55,859 bases of DNA. Origin: a virus. Shown here piece after piece: positions 23,172 to 32,934 of this stretch (position 1 is its first letter; every line of letters begins with the position of its first letter). A program made the position numbers and the translations under genes. Below the pieces are notes generated by a model, which was not told the DNA's origin, did no database searches, and worked only from the letters and a program-made list of their open reading frames with translations. Location: IMG/VR virus record IMGVR_UViG_3300045988_012935, positions 1 to 55,859 of that record, one strand, 5' to 3'.

Positions 23172-24263
23172 ATGGCATTACCATTAGTAGAAGCATTTAC
23201 CGCAAGAAGTCTCGGTGTAATGTGGAATAACTATGAAAAGACTTTAGGTTCTCAACCTTATCTCGGCAGACAGAAGTTTGGTACAAGAAAGCAAGAGAGC
23301 CTTGACCTTAGATTTATTAAGGGAAAGAGCGGACTTCCTGTTTCTCTGAAAGCATCTAACTTTGATGCACAGGCAGAGTTAAGAGATGTTGGCGGTTTCT
23401 CTGATATCCAAAACGAGATGCCTTTCTATCGTGAGTCCTACATGGTAACAGAGAGAGAGGAACAGGAGTACGACAATTACAGAAACGCAGAGAACGCTTC
23501 TCTTGCGAATGATGTACTTCGTGAGATCAGCAAAAAACCTATGATGCTGATCGAGGGTGCGAGAGTCGTACCAGAGAGACAGATTTGGAGCTTGCTTGCA
23601 CCTGCTGACGGTGTACCAAAAATTGATGTAAATATCGGAAAGAAGAAGTACACAGTCGAGTACACTTCTGACGGTGGCGAAGCGCACAAGAAAGATCACT
23701 TTGTTGAGATTTCAGGTGAAGCCGATAAGTGGAACGTTCCGGAAACGGCAACGCCACTTGATGATCTTATCGAGACAAGACGTAACTTTGCTAAGAAAAC
23801 CGGATATTCTCTGACAAGATTCAGTATGAACACAGAGACATGGGAAATGGTTCTCAAAGCAGAGGACACAAAGAAACAGGTTCTCGGTATTACTGCATAC
23901 ACAGGCGGTATTCGTTTACAGCAGTCACAGGTAACTGAATATCTGCGCGGCTATGGAATTGAGATCGAGGTATACGATAAGTTATACGTTGATCCGGCTG
24001 ACGGTCAGACAAAATACTTTATTCCAACAGGAATTGTATCTTGCCAGTGTGCCGGAGTTTATCTTGGAGACTATGTATTTGGAAAAACACCGGAAGAGAG
24101 AAGCGGAAGTCTTACAGACGGAAACCTTTCTATCGTAGAAACCGGTATTTCTGTTTACACATATGCTACAAACCATCCAATCAATACTCACTGCGTAGTA
24201 TCTATGATCGGACTTCCAACATTTGAGGGAATGGACAGCGTTGTTGTAATGAAAGTTATGTAG
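23172..24263 (+). CDS. Major capsid protein (lambda gpE-like family)
   Basis: 363 aa, position after the scaffold; N-terminal ...FTARSLGVMWNNYEKTLGSQPYLGRQKF... recalls the Phage_cap_E family. Confidence 0.7.
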   Translation: MALPLVEAFTARSLGVMWNNYEKTLGSQPYLGRQKFGTRKQESLDLRFIKGKSGLPVSLKASNFDAQAELRDVGGFSDIQNEMPFYRESYMVTEREEQEYDNYRNAENASLANDVLREISKKPMMLIEGARVVPERQIWSLLAPADGVPKIDVNIGKKKYTVEYTSDGGEAHKKDHFVEISGEADKWNVPETATPLDDLIETRRNFAKKTGYSLTRFSMNTETWEMVLKAEDTKKQVLGITAYTGGIRLQQSQVTEYLRGYGIEIEVYDKLYVDPADGQTKYFIPTGIVSCQCAGVYLGDYVFGKTPEERSGSLTDGNLSIVETGISVYTYATNHPINTHCVVSMIGLPTFEGMDSVVVMKVM

Positions 24264-24276
24264 GAGGTGATCCAGC

Positions 24277-24504
24277 GTGGTAGCAACACACACAATTAAA
24301 TGTGGTGGAAAATGGTACAAGGCAGGAGAAAAAATGCCGGAGAGTAATTATCCGGTATCTTCCGTTGGGTATACAAAGACCGAAATCAACAGAATGAGTA
24401 CCGCAGACTTGCAAAAACTTGCCGCGGAGCAGGGAATTGAAAATGCACAAGCGACAAGCGGTGCGGAACTGAAAGAAATTCTGATTGCAAAATTTAATCT
24501 GTAG
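24277..24504 (+). CDS. Small head-module protein with a C-terminal Rho-N/SAP-like HeH motif
   Basis: GTG start; STADLQKLAAEQGIENAQATSGAELKEILIAKF. Confidence 0.45.
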   Translation: MVATHTIKCGGKWYKAGEKMPESNYPVSSVGYTKTEINRMSTADLQKLAAEQGIENAQATSGAELKEILIAKFNL

Positions 24505-24514
24505 GAGATCGCTT

Positions 24515-24895
24515 ATGTCATACACACTTGTCGAACAAGTAAAGATTCGTTTACAACAATTTCATATAGAAGAGGTAGAGGACGAAACGACCGGGGAAAA
24601 GTCCGATAAAGTTGTGTTTGATGAAAAAGAATGTAACCCTTTGATTGAACAGCTTTTAGAGCAGGCAAGAAAAGAGATTATCAGCAGACGGAACTATCCG
24701 GACACATACACGCAAGACCAGATTGACAGTGATGTTAAGAACTATGAAAACATTATGGTCAATTTGGCAGTGTACGACCGGTCGCAGGCAGGAGAAGCAT
24801 ACATGGCAAGTTCTTCCGAAAACGGTGTGAGCCGGACATGGAAAGACCGTGAAAGCCTTTTTGTTGGAGTGTTTCCGTTTGTAAAAGCAATGTAA
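24515..24895 (+). CDS. Head-tail connector (gp6-like) protein
   Basis: ATG 24515; position and LVEQVKIRL....E.D...IEQLLEQARKEI pattern typical of gp6-type connectors. Confidence 0.5.
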   Translation: MSYTLVEQVKIRLQQFHIEEVEDETTGEKSDKVVFDEKECNPLIEQLLEQARKEIISRRNYPDTYTQDQIDSDVKNYENIMVNLAVYDRSQAGEAYMASSSENGVSRTWKDRESLFVGVFPFVKAM

Positions 24896-24978
24896 TTAAA
24901 GAAGATTGAGCGTGACCATTATGGTTGCAGGCGGCGCACATTAAGCGGTGGTGGGCAGTGCGTCAAAAGGAGATTCAA

Positions 24979-25308
24979 ATGAAAAGTATTTTGATTCAAA
25001 CTTATCTTGTAGCACTTCCGATAGTGCTTGGATATATAGTTTGGCTTCTTAAACAACAAAAGAAAAGCAGGGATGCGAACAGTAAAGGAACAATGCTTCT
25101 TTTGCGTGTCCAGCTTATTGAATACCATGCAAAGTACACCAGAATCGGAGAAATACCGTCATATGCCTATCAGAACTTCTGCGAGATGTATGATGCGTAC
25201 CATGCGTTAGGCGGAAATGGAATGGTTACGAAAATGAAACATGAGATTGAAGAGATTCATATAGGAAAAGGAGATAAAAGCCATGAGAAATTGGAAAGAT
25301 TGGACTAA
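24979..25308 (+). CDS. N-terminally membrane-anchored protein
   Basis: AAAGGAG RBS, ATG 24979; TM ILIQTYLVALPIVLGYIVWLL. Confidence 0.5.
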   Translation: MKSILIQTYLVALPIVLGYIVWLLKQQKKSRDANSKGTMLLLRVQLIEYHAKYTRIGEIPSYAYQNFCEMYDAYHALGGNGMVTKMKHEIEEIHIGKGDKSHEKLERLD

Positions 25309-25486
25309 AAAAGCCGGAATCCGAGCAATCAAGACTGTTGCACAGGCGGCGGTTGCTGGAATTGGAACGGCGGCATTTATGGGTGCGGTAGATTGGAAAT
25401 ATGTTCTTTCTGCATCAGTACTTGCCGGGGTGTTATCGCTTCTGACAAGTGTTGCCGGAATCCCAGAGGAAAACACCAATGCTTGA
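25283..25486 (+). CDS. Holin (LL-H/phage_holin_6-like)
   Basis: 67 aa, W..W.KKAGIRAIKTVAQAAVAGIG...WKYVLSASVLAGVLSLLTSVAGIPE, two hydrophobic helices. Confidence 0.6.
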   Translation: MRNWKDWTKKAGIRAIKTVAQAAVAGIGTAAFMGAVDWKYVLSASVLAGVLSLLTSVAGIPEENTNA

Positions 25487-25937
25487 CATTAACAAGCAGA
25501 AAATGAAATATTCACAATCTGGTCAGAGGGTATTCATCCCACAAACTGACGAAAATGGAGATATTGTCTATGAAGGGTACAAGGATTCCGATGGGAACTT
25601 TGTACCTTATTTAGATTCCGAAGGCAACAAGATTCCAAAAGGCGAGGAAATTGAAGGGTTTTCAGAACCTACGACATTCAAAGCCAATATCAGCAATAAG
25701 TTGTCGGAAGCCCTTGTGAAAGAATTCGGAATTGATGATAGTACATCATACTGTCAGATTGTCACGGATAAAGGATATTTGCCACTGAAAGCCGGTGATG
25801 TGGTGTGGAAACGTTCGGAAGTCAAACGCACTGATGATGGACTTGTGGATTCAGAAACCGCAGATTACATCGTAAAAGGCGTTGCAGACGAAGGACTGAC
25901 CACGGATTTGTTTCTTCTTCGGAAGAATATTAAGTAG
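25479..25937 (+). CDS. Head-tail joining protein (putative)
   Basis: ATG 25479 overlaps the holin stop; position in the connector block. Confidence 0.4.
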   Translation: MLDINKQKMKYSQSGQRVFIPQTDENGDIVYEGYKDSDGNFVPYLDSEGNKIPKGEEIEGFSEPTTFKANISNKLSEALVKEFGIDDSTSYCQIVTDKGYLPLKAGDVVWKRSEVKRTDDGLVDSETADYIVKGVADEGLTTDLFLLRKNIK

Positions 25938-25945
25938 GTGATTGC

Positions 25946-26488
25946 GTGGCAAAGAAAACTATTTCAATGACACTATCCACTAAGTCCATACAAGCCGCCA
26001 TAAAGGAATTAGAAAAGTACCGCGATAGTTTACAGGCTAAATGCGATTTACTTGTTTCTAGGCTTGCGCAGGAAGGTCAGACGGTGGCAATACAACACAT
26101 ATCGGAATCTCCATTAGGGAACACGATAACGGTAAGGGTAGATAAAGCACCACAGTTAATGACCTCAAACGCGATTCTGATTGCAACCGGAAAAACGGTA
26201 ACGTCAGAAGATAGAGAACCGTTCTATACTTTGTTGGCGGTAGAGTTTGGAGCCGGTATTTTTTATAACTCCAAAGAGAACCCGAAAGCACCGGAACTTG
26301 GATTCGGTGTCGGCACATATCCGGGGCAAATACACGCTTTTGAAGATGGTTGGTACTATTGGGATGATAAGACCGAAACATGGCATTATACCCACGGTAT
26401 CAAAGCCACAATGCCTATGCATAATGCGGAACAACAGATTATTCAACAGTATGTAAAGATTGCAAGGGAGGTATTCGGTGGAAAATGA
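25946..26488 (+). CDS. Tail-completion / HK97 gp10-like protein (putative)
   Basis: GTG start after AGGTGA; position. Confidence 0.35.
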   Translation: MAKKTISMTLSTKSIQAAIKELEKYRDSLQAKCDLLVSRLAQEGQTVAIQHISESPLGNTITVRVDKAPQLMTSNAILIATGKTVTSEDREPFYTLLAVEFGAGIFYNSKENPKAPELGFGVGTYPGQIHAFEDGWYYWDDKTETWHYTHGIKATMPMHNAEQQIIQQYVKIAREVFGGK

Positions 26489-26888
26489 GTTAAATAGTTG
26501 GGCACTTGATTTTGAAGATACCTTATGTTCTCTTTTGAAATCGTACATGGAAAGCAAGGTAAAAGGAATTAAAGTGACGCAAGATGAAGAATCGGGTGGC
26601 ACCGCAACATTTCCGACACTTTTAGTCAGACAAATCGGGGGCACAGAAGCCGGACGAACCAATGAAGCAAAGACAATCAATGCAATTCGCCCAACATTTC
26701 AGATTACAATTACAAACAAAGGTTCAAGAAAAGCAACTAAGGACATCGCAGCATATGCGGTGTCTTTTTTTAAGCAACAAATGTTTGAGGTATCAGATAC
26801 AGTCCCAACAATTTCCAAGCAAGTGCGGACGGTTACATTCCGCGCGACTCGCGTAATTGGAAACGTTGAGCATTTAGATCAGCTATAA
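26478..26888 (+). CDS. Tail terminator-like protein (putative)
   Basis: GGGAGG RBS, GTG 26478; directly upstream of the major tail gene. Confidence 0.35.
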   Translation: MENELNSWALDFEDTLCSLLKSYMESKVKGIKVTQDEESGGTATFPTLLVRQIGGTEAGRTNEAKTINAIRPTFQITITNKGSRKATKDIAAYAVSFFKQQMFEVSDTVPTISKQVRTVTFRATRVIGNVEHLDQL

Positions 26889-26908
26889 GCAGAAAGGAAG
26901 TAGAAAAT

Positions 26909-27394
26909 ATGGCATCAACAAGTTATAAAACGCGTGCAATTATTAAAGAGCACACAGCGGAACAAACCGACTTTGCGGGAACTTACAACCTCTTGATGGC
27001 TGCTAAGTCGATGCCTTCTCCGGTTCAGCCACCAAACACAGTTGAATCAACGACTATGGAAGATGGTCAGCAGACATTTGAAGAAGGTATTAAAACAGCG
27101 GACGCACGAGAGATCACAGGAAACCTTGAAAAAACGCATCTTGACAAGATTGATGAGCTTTCAGGCAAAAAGGTTGACATTATCCAGCTTTATGGCACTG
27201 ATGGAGTTGGTGGCGTAGCCAAGTATGCGCAAACAGGAACAGTTACCGCAACACCTAACGATGTAGGCGGCAATGATGAAATTCTTGAAATGACCGCAAC
27301 GATTATCCCGGCAACCACTGCCGAAAAGTGTACAGACAAACTTAAGGTCGTTGACAACAACGATGGTACATTTACCGTAACAGTGGTGGGGTAA
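26909..27394 (+). CDS. Major tail protein
   Basis: 161 aa, upstream of the chaperone pair and tape measure; composition typical of TP901-1/phi13-type tail tube proteins. Confidence 0.6.
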   Translation: MASTSYKTRAIIKEHTAEQTDFAGTYNLLMAAKSMPSPVQPPNTVESTTMEDGQQTFEEGIKTADAREITGNLEKTHLDKIDELSGKKVDIIQLYGTDGVGGVAKYAQTGTVTATPNDVGGNDEILEMTATIIPATTAEKCTDKLKVVDNNDGTFTVTVVG

Positions 27395-27537
27395 AAAGCC
27401 TATCGGACGAGCAATCGACCGCACCGGTAGGCGAGGATGAACGGTCGATAGCAGAACTTGAAGCAATGAGATAAGCAACAATGGGGCGGTGGCAACACTG
27501 CCCCTTGCCAATATAGGGCAGAAAGGCAAGGTAAAAC

Positions 27538-27963
27538 ATGAAAGTTAAATTAGGTGGAAAAGAATATACAATTCAGTTTGCAACAAGACCATCATTAAAA
27601 TCACATATCTTACAGGATATTATGAAGACACAGGACATGGAAGATATTTCTTCTATGGAAGATATTCTTCTTGAAACACTTCCTAAGACGCTTCTTGTGG
27701 GATTGCAGATGCATCACAATGACGAATTTGGATATGATTACAAAACGAACAACGGATACGATAGGCAGTTTGAGAAGGTGTCTAACATTCTCTGTGATTC
27801 GATTGATACAAACGAGATTAACTGCATGGATTTATTCGCTGATATGCAGGAGGAAATGATGACAAACGGTTTTTTAGCGCAGATGATGGAGTCGTTGGAG
27901 AGAGCACAGGCACAGGAGCAGGAGAAGAAAAAGACCCCATCCAAAGCGAAAGCCAAGAATTAA
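27538..27963 (+). CDS. Tail assembly chaperone (gpG-like)
   Basis: Position; acidic C-terminus; overlaps an open -1 frame. Confidence 0.6.
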   Translation: MKVKLGGKEYTIQFATRPSLKSHILQDIMKTQDMEDISSMEDILLETLPKTLLVGLQMHHNDEFGYDYKTNNGYDRQFEKVSNILCDSIDTNEINCMDLFADMQEEMMTNGFLAQMMESLERAQAQEQEKKKTPSKAKAKN

Positions 27964-28343
27964 CATGGGAATATTACGTTGCGGAAATCCGTCCGTTTTA
28001 CCTTGTGGTAACGAAAGGCTACGGATTTTCCGTTGATGATATAGATATGATGAATCCAGAGTTGCTTAAGCCTTATGTGGATGCATACAAGGCAGAATGG
28101 AAGCAACGCGACATGGAAATGTATATGTGGTTTGGCAGATATGCAACGTCAGCACTTGTGACAGCAATAGACGCGACATTCGGTAAGGGTAATAGTAAGT
28201 ACGTGAAAGAAACTTGCTATGATTCCATCGAAAAGCATAATACGGACGATCCCGATGCAGAGATGCGAGAAATGCTTAAGGCAGAAGAAGCATGGGCGGC
28301 TGAATCAAGGAAATCGCATTTACCAAAGCCAAAGATAGTTTAA
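27538..28343 (+). CDS. Tail assembly chaperone frameshift product (gpGT-like)
   Basis: ORF 28005..28343 has no RBS, and its frame is open upstream back to 27843, overlapping the end of the gpG-like gene in the -1 frame. Confidence 0.5.
27870..27876 (+). promoter_or_regulatory. Candidate -1 slippery heptamer T TTT TTA
   Basis: Zero-frame codons ggt ttt tta; X XXY YYZ form; the -1 frame is open from 27843 to 28343. Alternative site AAAAAG at 27928-27933. Confidence 0.5.
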
Positions 28344-28359
28344 GAAAAGAGGTATTGCT

Positions 28360-29049
28360 ATGGCAGTAATTATCGGAAGTGCGCGGCACGATGAACACGG
28401 AAACTGTTATTCTGGTGGAAAAGCCGGAGACCAGACCGGACAGGAAGTGTCTACGCAGAAGTTTTATAACCATTCTAAGGGATGGTACGTGCTAAGGGCG
28501 AAGGACGATAGGGTTGCGGAGAAGTTAGCCGAAGCTATGCAGATTGCATCTGACAACAAAAATATCGGCTATGACCAATCAGAACGCTACGGAGTCATTA
28601 AGCATGGCATTAACACAAAGGTCAAGACGGAATGCGATTGTTCTTCTCTTGTGCGTGCCTGTATTATCTATGCATCCGGCAAGGATGTGGGAGATTTCAA
28701 TACATCTAATGAACGACCGGTAATTTTGAAATCCGGTTTGTTTGATGATATGGGTTCTTATCATGCCGGTTTTATTCTTCGCAACGGAGATATTCTTGTG
28801 ACACGCATAAAAGGGCACACAGTTATTGTTGTAAAAGGCGCAAAGAAATGCAAAGCCAAGTATTATCCGAAGTATAAGGGAAACTCAAACTCAATCGTTG
28901 AAGCATTAAAAGCGGTTGGGGAAGATGATGTGTCGAAAGAACATCGTGCGGAAATCGCAAAAAAGAACGGATTTTCCAATTTTAAGTTTACATCAGAGGA
29001 AAATTCAAAAATGCTTTCTCTTCTGAAAAAGGGAAAACTGAAAAAGTAA
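28360..29049 (+). CDS. Cell-wall hydrolase (NlpC/P60- or CHAP-like Cys-His peptidase/amidohydrolase), candidate endolysin
   Basis: GKAGDQTGQEV, IGYDQSERY, ECDCSSLVRACI (catalytic Cys) and KGHTVIVV (His); C-terminal SIVEALKAVG...NGFSNF...LSLLKKGKL module. Confidence 0.6.
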   Translation: MAVIIGSARHDEHGNCYSGGKAGDQTGQEVSTQKFYNHSKGWYVLRAKDDRVAEKLAEAMQIASDNKNIGYDQSERYGVIKHGINTKVKTECDCSSLVRACIIYASGKDVGDFNTSNERPVILKSGLFDDMGSYHAGFILRNGDILVTRIKGHTVIVVKGAKKCKAKYYPKYKGNSNSIVEALKAVGEDDVSKEHRAEIAKKNGFSNFKFTSEENSKMLSLLKKGKLKK

Positions 29050-29114
29050 TTCAAGGGCGGTAGGGGTCAAATCCTGCCGCCTTTTTCTAAAACTAAATAA
29101 AGGAGGTGTAACTG

Positions 29115-32100
29115 TTGGAATTAGAAACCTTAGAAATAAAAATCCAAGCACAGGCAAGACAGGCAAGCGGTCAGATAGATGCGCTTGTGACAAGGCTTGG
29201 AAGATTATCTTCCGCGCTTTCCGGGCTTAGTACCGGAAATCTGAATAGCCTTGCCACAGGGGTAAAACGATTGTCAAACTCAATGAGTGCTATGCGAAGT
29301 GTTGACACAAGAACGTTTTCCGCTTTAGCAAGAAACTTGAATAAGCTTTCGGGAATTAATGCAACCGGACTAAATAATGTGTCAAATGCAATCAGTACGA
29401 TCAGCGGTTCTATAAGAGCACTTAGCGGCATAGATTTTAAAGGAAACGGACTCAATGCATTTATCAATTCAGTTACTAAGCTATCTAGCGCAAATCTAAG
29501 CAGTTTGAATAGATTTGATTTTGGCAGTCTTGGAAATAAGATTAATCAGCTATCAAACTCATTGTCGGGAGCGAAAAAAGTCCAAGGAAATACGATTCAG
29601 CTTGTCAATGCAATAGGCAGACTCGCATCATCTTCGGGAAACATGGCGGAAACCGCTTCGTCATTGCCGAGCCTTGGAAGAGCGATTAGAAGTGTAACAA
29701 ATTCACTATCTTCTGCAAAAGCAGTATCGGAAAACATAATTAAATTCACTTCCGCAATCGGTCAGCTCGCCATCGCCGGGAAAAAGACCGCGCAAACGGC
29801 ATCAAACCTTGGGATTCTAGCAACGGAACTAAAAAAGTTTATGCAAGTCATGTCTAACGCGCCTGTTCTGAATAATAACATTATTCAAATGACGCAGGCG
29901 ATTGCTCAACTTGCTTCATCGGGAGGTAGAGCCGGAAATGCATCTAAAAGTTTTTCAAATATGTTTAGCGGGTATTCTTCCAGTGCTTCCGTGGCTACCA
30001 AGAAGTCATTTTCCCTTGCGTCTGCAATCGGAAAAGTGTATGCAACGTATTGGACTTTATTCCGAGCATTTAGGCTACTTAGAGATGCTATTGACATATC
30101 ATCCTCACTGACAGAGGTTGAGAACGTTGTAAGGCAGACATTCGGGCAGTATGAAAGCCTAATTAACAATTTCGCAAAAACATCCATTGAAAAATTTGGT
30201 ATGTCTGAATTGTCCGCAAAACAGTTTGCAAGCCGTTTCCAAGCTATGGGAACTGCCCTTGATATTCCACAGGGGAAAATGGCAGATATGTCTATCCGGT
30301 TGACCGAATTAGCCGGAGATATGGCTTCATTCTATGATGTGAGCCAAGAAGATATTGCCAAGAGTCTGCAATCTGTATTTTCCGGTACTACGGCACCTAT
30401 GCGGCGTTATGGTATCGACTTGACACAGGCAACATTAAAGGAATGGGCGTTAAAGCAGGGACTTGATGCGAACATTTCCTCAATGACGCAGGCTCAAAAA
30501 GCCATGTTGCGTTATCAGTATGTGCTTGCACATACAACCAATATCACCGGAGATTTCGCACGTACAGCAGATACGTGGCACAATCAGATAACCATGCTTA
30601 AAGAGAACTTCAAAGCACTTGGAGCGGTAGTTGGTGGTGGTTTAATCAACGCATTTAAGCCATTTATCAAGGCACTTAATTCAGTTCTGCAGAAGGTGAT
30701 TTCTTTTGCGGAAATGGTAACAAACGCTTTAGGTTCTATCTTCGGATGGAAGTATGAAGCAAGCAAAGGAGCAGGAATCAGCGGTCTTGCTGATGATATT
30801 GGAAGCGCATCTGATGGCATGGACGATTTAAGTAATGCCGCAGGAAGCGCAGGGAAAAACACAGGCGGTATCGCAAAAAATGCCAAGAAAGCAAAAAAAG
30901 AAATACAACAGGCAACTCGTGCATTTGATGAATTAAAGGTTATTTCAAAGCAGAGCAAAGATAACACTTCCGGTTCTGGAAGCGGTGGAAGTGGTGGTGG
31001 CTCTGGTGCTGGTGGTTCTGGTGGTGGAGATACTGGAAAGTTGGTTCAGACCGACACGATATTTAAGAAATTCAAAAGCGACATCAAAGACCTTGAAGGA
31101 CTCGGAGAATCTATCAGAGATGCCCTTGTAAACGCCGTTGGTGGCATTGAATGGGATAAAATATACGCTAAAGCGTCCGGCTTCGGTAGTGGGCTCGCAT
31201 CGTTTCTTAACGGTTTGTTTTCAGAAGATAAAAAAGGAAATAGTGTATTTACCGCAACCGCAGATGTGATTGCAGGAGCGTTGAATACTGCGATATTCGC
31301 ATCAAAGGGATTTACGGATAAATTTGATTTTGAAACATTTGGAACAAATCTTGCACATGGATTTAACCGTTTTTTTAAGAAATTTAAATGGAAACAGTGC
31401 GCAGAAGCTATCAACGGATGGGTTGATGGTTTTTGGAGCTTTGCAGTTGGTTTTTTTGGCGATTTGAGTTGGAGCGGTATTTTTAACGGATTAAAAACAT
31501 TTCTTACATCTTTAAGCTCTAAGACAATTGCAACAATTCTTGGTGCCTATGCACTAAAGAAGTTTAGTAAATCAGCCGTTGGCGCACTTGCTGATTCTGT
31601 TGGAGGACAGATACTTACTGCAAAAATTAAAAAAGCATTTTTCACAATAGCTGCAATTACAATAGCGGCGGAGGGTGGTCTTACAATCGGAGAAGCAATC
31701 GGCAAAAAGATTGCTGAATTGACGCAGCCGGAGGAAATGCAGAAATATCAAACAACATTTAATTTCAGCGATTTATTCTCGTATTCTCTTGACGATTGGA
31801 AGCAAGGATTTAGTGATTGGTGGGATGACACGTTCGGTCCCGCGTTTGAACTAATGGCCTTGGATATGGCAACCGGAAATTACAAATTCAAAATTCCTTT
31901 TACAGATTTTGAGCTTCCTTCGTTCAATGAAGCAAAGAAAGGTTTTGCCAATTGGTTATCCGGAGTAAATAAATATTGGAGCAAAAAGAAAGACAGCGTT
32001 CTTGAAATTGGCGCAAAGATAAAGAACAAAGCATCTGAATTATGGAACGGATTTAAAAAAGACTGGGAGAATGTCAAAAACAAGGTTGCGGAGTTCAAGA

Positions 32101-32870
32101 CGAAGATAGCTTCAAAGGCTTCTGATCTTTGGGAAAAGTTTAAGACTTCGTGGGGCAAGTCGAAAACCGCGCAGTTCTTACTGAAAATTGGTTCAAAGGC
32201 AAAAGATTTATGGAGCAATTTTAAAACCGCATGGGGTGAAAGCAAAACAGCGAAATTCTTCCTTAAAATAGGCTCTAAGATTAGTGAATTGTGGAAAGAT
32301 TTTAAAGAATCATGGGGCGAGAAGAGAACAGTCAAATTTTTGACAAAGAGAGCAACAAGGATAAGTGAGTTATGGAAAGACTTTAAAGATTCATGGGGGG
32401 ATAAAAAAGCCGTAACTATTGGAATTGGGTTTGCGAAGAACTCATTAAACAATCTTTGGTCATCTGTAAAAGGATTTTTCGGTGGTAAGACTGTTAGTGT
32501 TGGTACGAAAGCTACAAAGAAAGCTGATGGCGGTGTATTTTCCGGCGGAAGTTGGAAGCCGGTTAAGAAATACGCAGTCGGTGGATTGCCGAATATGGGA
32601 CAGATGTTCGTTGCAAGAGAAGCAGGACCGGAACTTGTCGGAACGCTTGGTGGTCATACAGCAGTAATGAATAACGATCAGATTGTATCGTCTGTTTCTT
32701 ACGGAGTTGCACAGGCTGTAAAGGAAGTTATTCAGCCACTTGTGAAAATGGGTGGAGGAAATAATCGACCGATTCAGATTGCACTTGACGGAAAAGTTAT
32801 CTTTGATAGCACACGGCAAAGCGCAAAAGAATATTTTGATCGTACCGGAAGATCTCCATATCCGGTATAG
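29115..32870 (+). CDS. Tape measure protein
   Basis: 1251 aa, TTG start after AAGGAGGTG; long helical N-terminus, Gly-rich linker SGSGSGGSGGGSGAGGSGGGD, tandem W/F repeats. Confidence 0.9.
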   Translation: MELETLEIKIQAQARQASGQIDALVTRLGRLSSALSGLSTGNLNSLATGVKRLSNSMSAMRSVDTRTFSALARNLNKLSGINATGLNNVSNAISTISGSIRALSGIDFKGNGLNAFINSVTKLSSANLSSLNRFDFGSLGNKINQLSNSLSGAKKVQGNTIQLVNAIGRLASSSGNMAETASSLPSLGRAIRSVTNSLSSAKAVSENIIKFTSAIGQLAIAGKKTAQTASNLGILATELKKFMQVMSNAPVLNNNIIQMTQAIAQLASSGGRAGNASKSFSNMFSGYSSSASVATKKSFSLASAIGKVYATYWTLFRAFRLLRDAIDISSSLTEVENVVRQTFGQYESLINNFAKTSIEKFGMSELSAKQFASRFQAMGTALDIPQGKMADMSIRLTELAGDMASFYDVSQEDIAKSLQSVFSGTTAPMRRYGIDLTQATLKEWALKQGLDANISSMTQAQKAMLRYQYVLAHTTNITGDFARTADTWHNQITMLKENFKALGAVVGGGLINAFKPFIKALNSVLQKVISFAEMVTNALGSIFGWKYEASKGAGISGLADDIGSASDGMDDLSNAAGSAGKNTGGIAKNAKKAKKEIQQATRAFDELKVISKQSKDNTSGSGSGGSGGGSGAGGSGGGDTGKLVQTDTIFKKFKSDIKDLEGLGESIRDALVNAVGGIEWDKIYAKASGFGSGLASFLNGLFSEDKKGNSVFTATADVIAGALNTAIFASKGFTDKFDFETFGTNLAHGFNRFFKKFKWKQCAEAINGWVDGFWSFAVGFFGDLSWSGIFNGLKTFLTSLSSKTIATILGAYALKKFSKSAVGALADSVGGQILTAKIKKAFFTIAAITIAAEGGLTIGEAIGKKIAELTQPEEMQKYQTTFNFSDLFSYSLDDWKQGFSDWWDDTFGPAFELMALDMATGNYKFKIPFTDFELPSFNEAKKGFANWLSGVNKYWSKKKDSVLEIGAKIKNKASELWNGFKKDWENVKNKVAEFKTKIASKASDLWEKFKTSWGKSKTAQFLLKIGSKAKDLWSNFKTAWGESKTAKFFLKIGSKISELWKDFKESWGEKRTVKFLTKRATRISELWKDFKDSWGDKKAVTIGIGFAKNSLNNLWSSVKGFFGGKTVSVGTKATKKADGGVFSGGSWKPVKKYAVGGLPNMGQMFVAREAGPELVGTLGGHTAVMNNDQIVSSVSYGVAQAVKEVIQPLVKMGGGNNRPIQIALDGKVIFDSTRQSAKEYFDRTGRSPYPV
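32036..32400 (+). repeat. Five tandem ~27-aa (81-bp) repeats within the tape measure
   Basis: SKASDLWEKFKTSWGKSKTAQFLLKIG / SKAKDLWSNFKTAWGESKTAKFFLKIG / SKISELWKDFKESWGEKRTVKFLTKRA / TRISELWKDFKDSWGDKK... Confidence 0.85.
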
Positions 32871-32934
32871 TGACAAACTCCTCTGCTTGTGGTATATTGA
32901 TATGTATATATTACAAGCAAGGAGGAATTTGATT

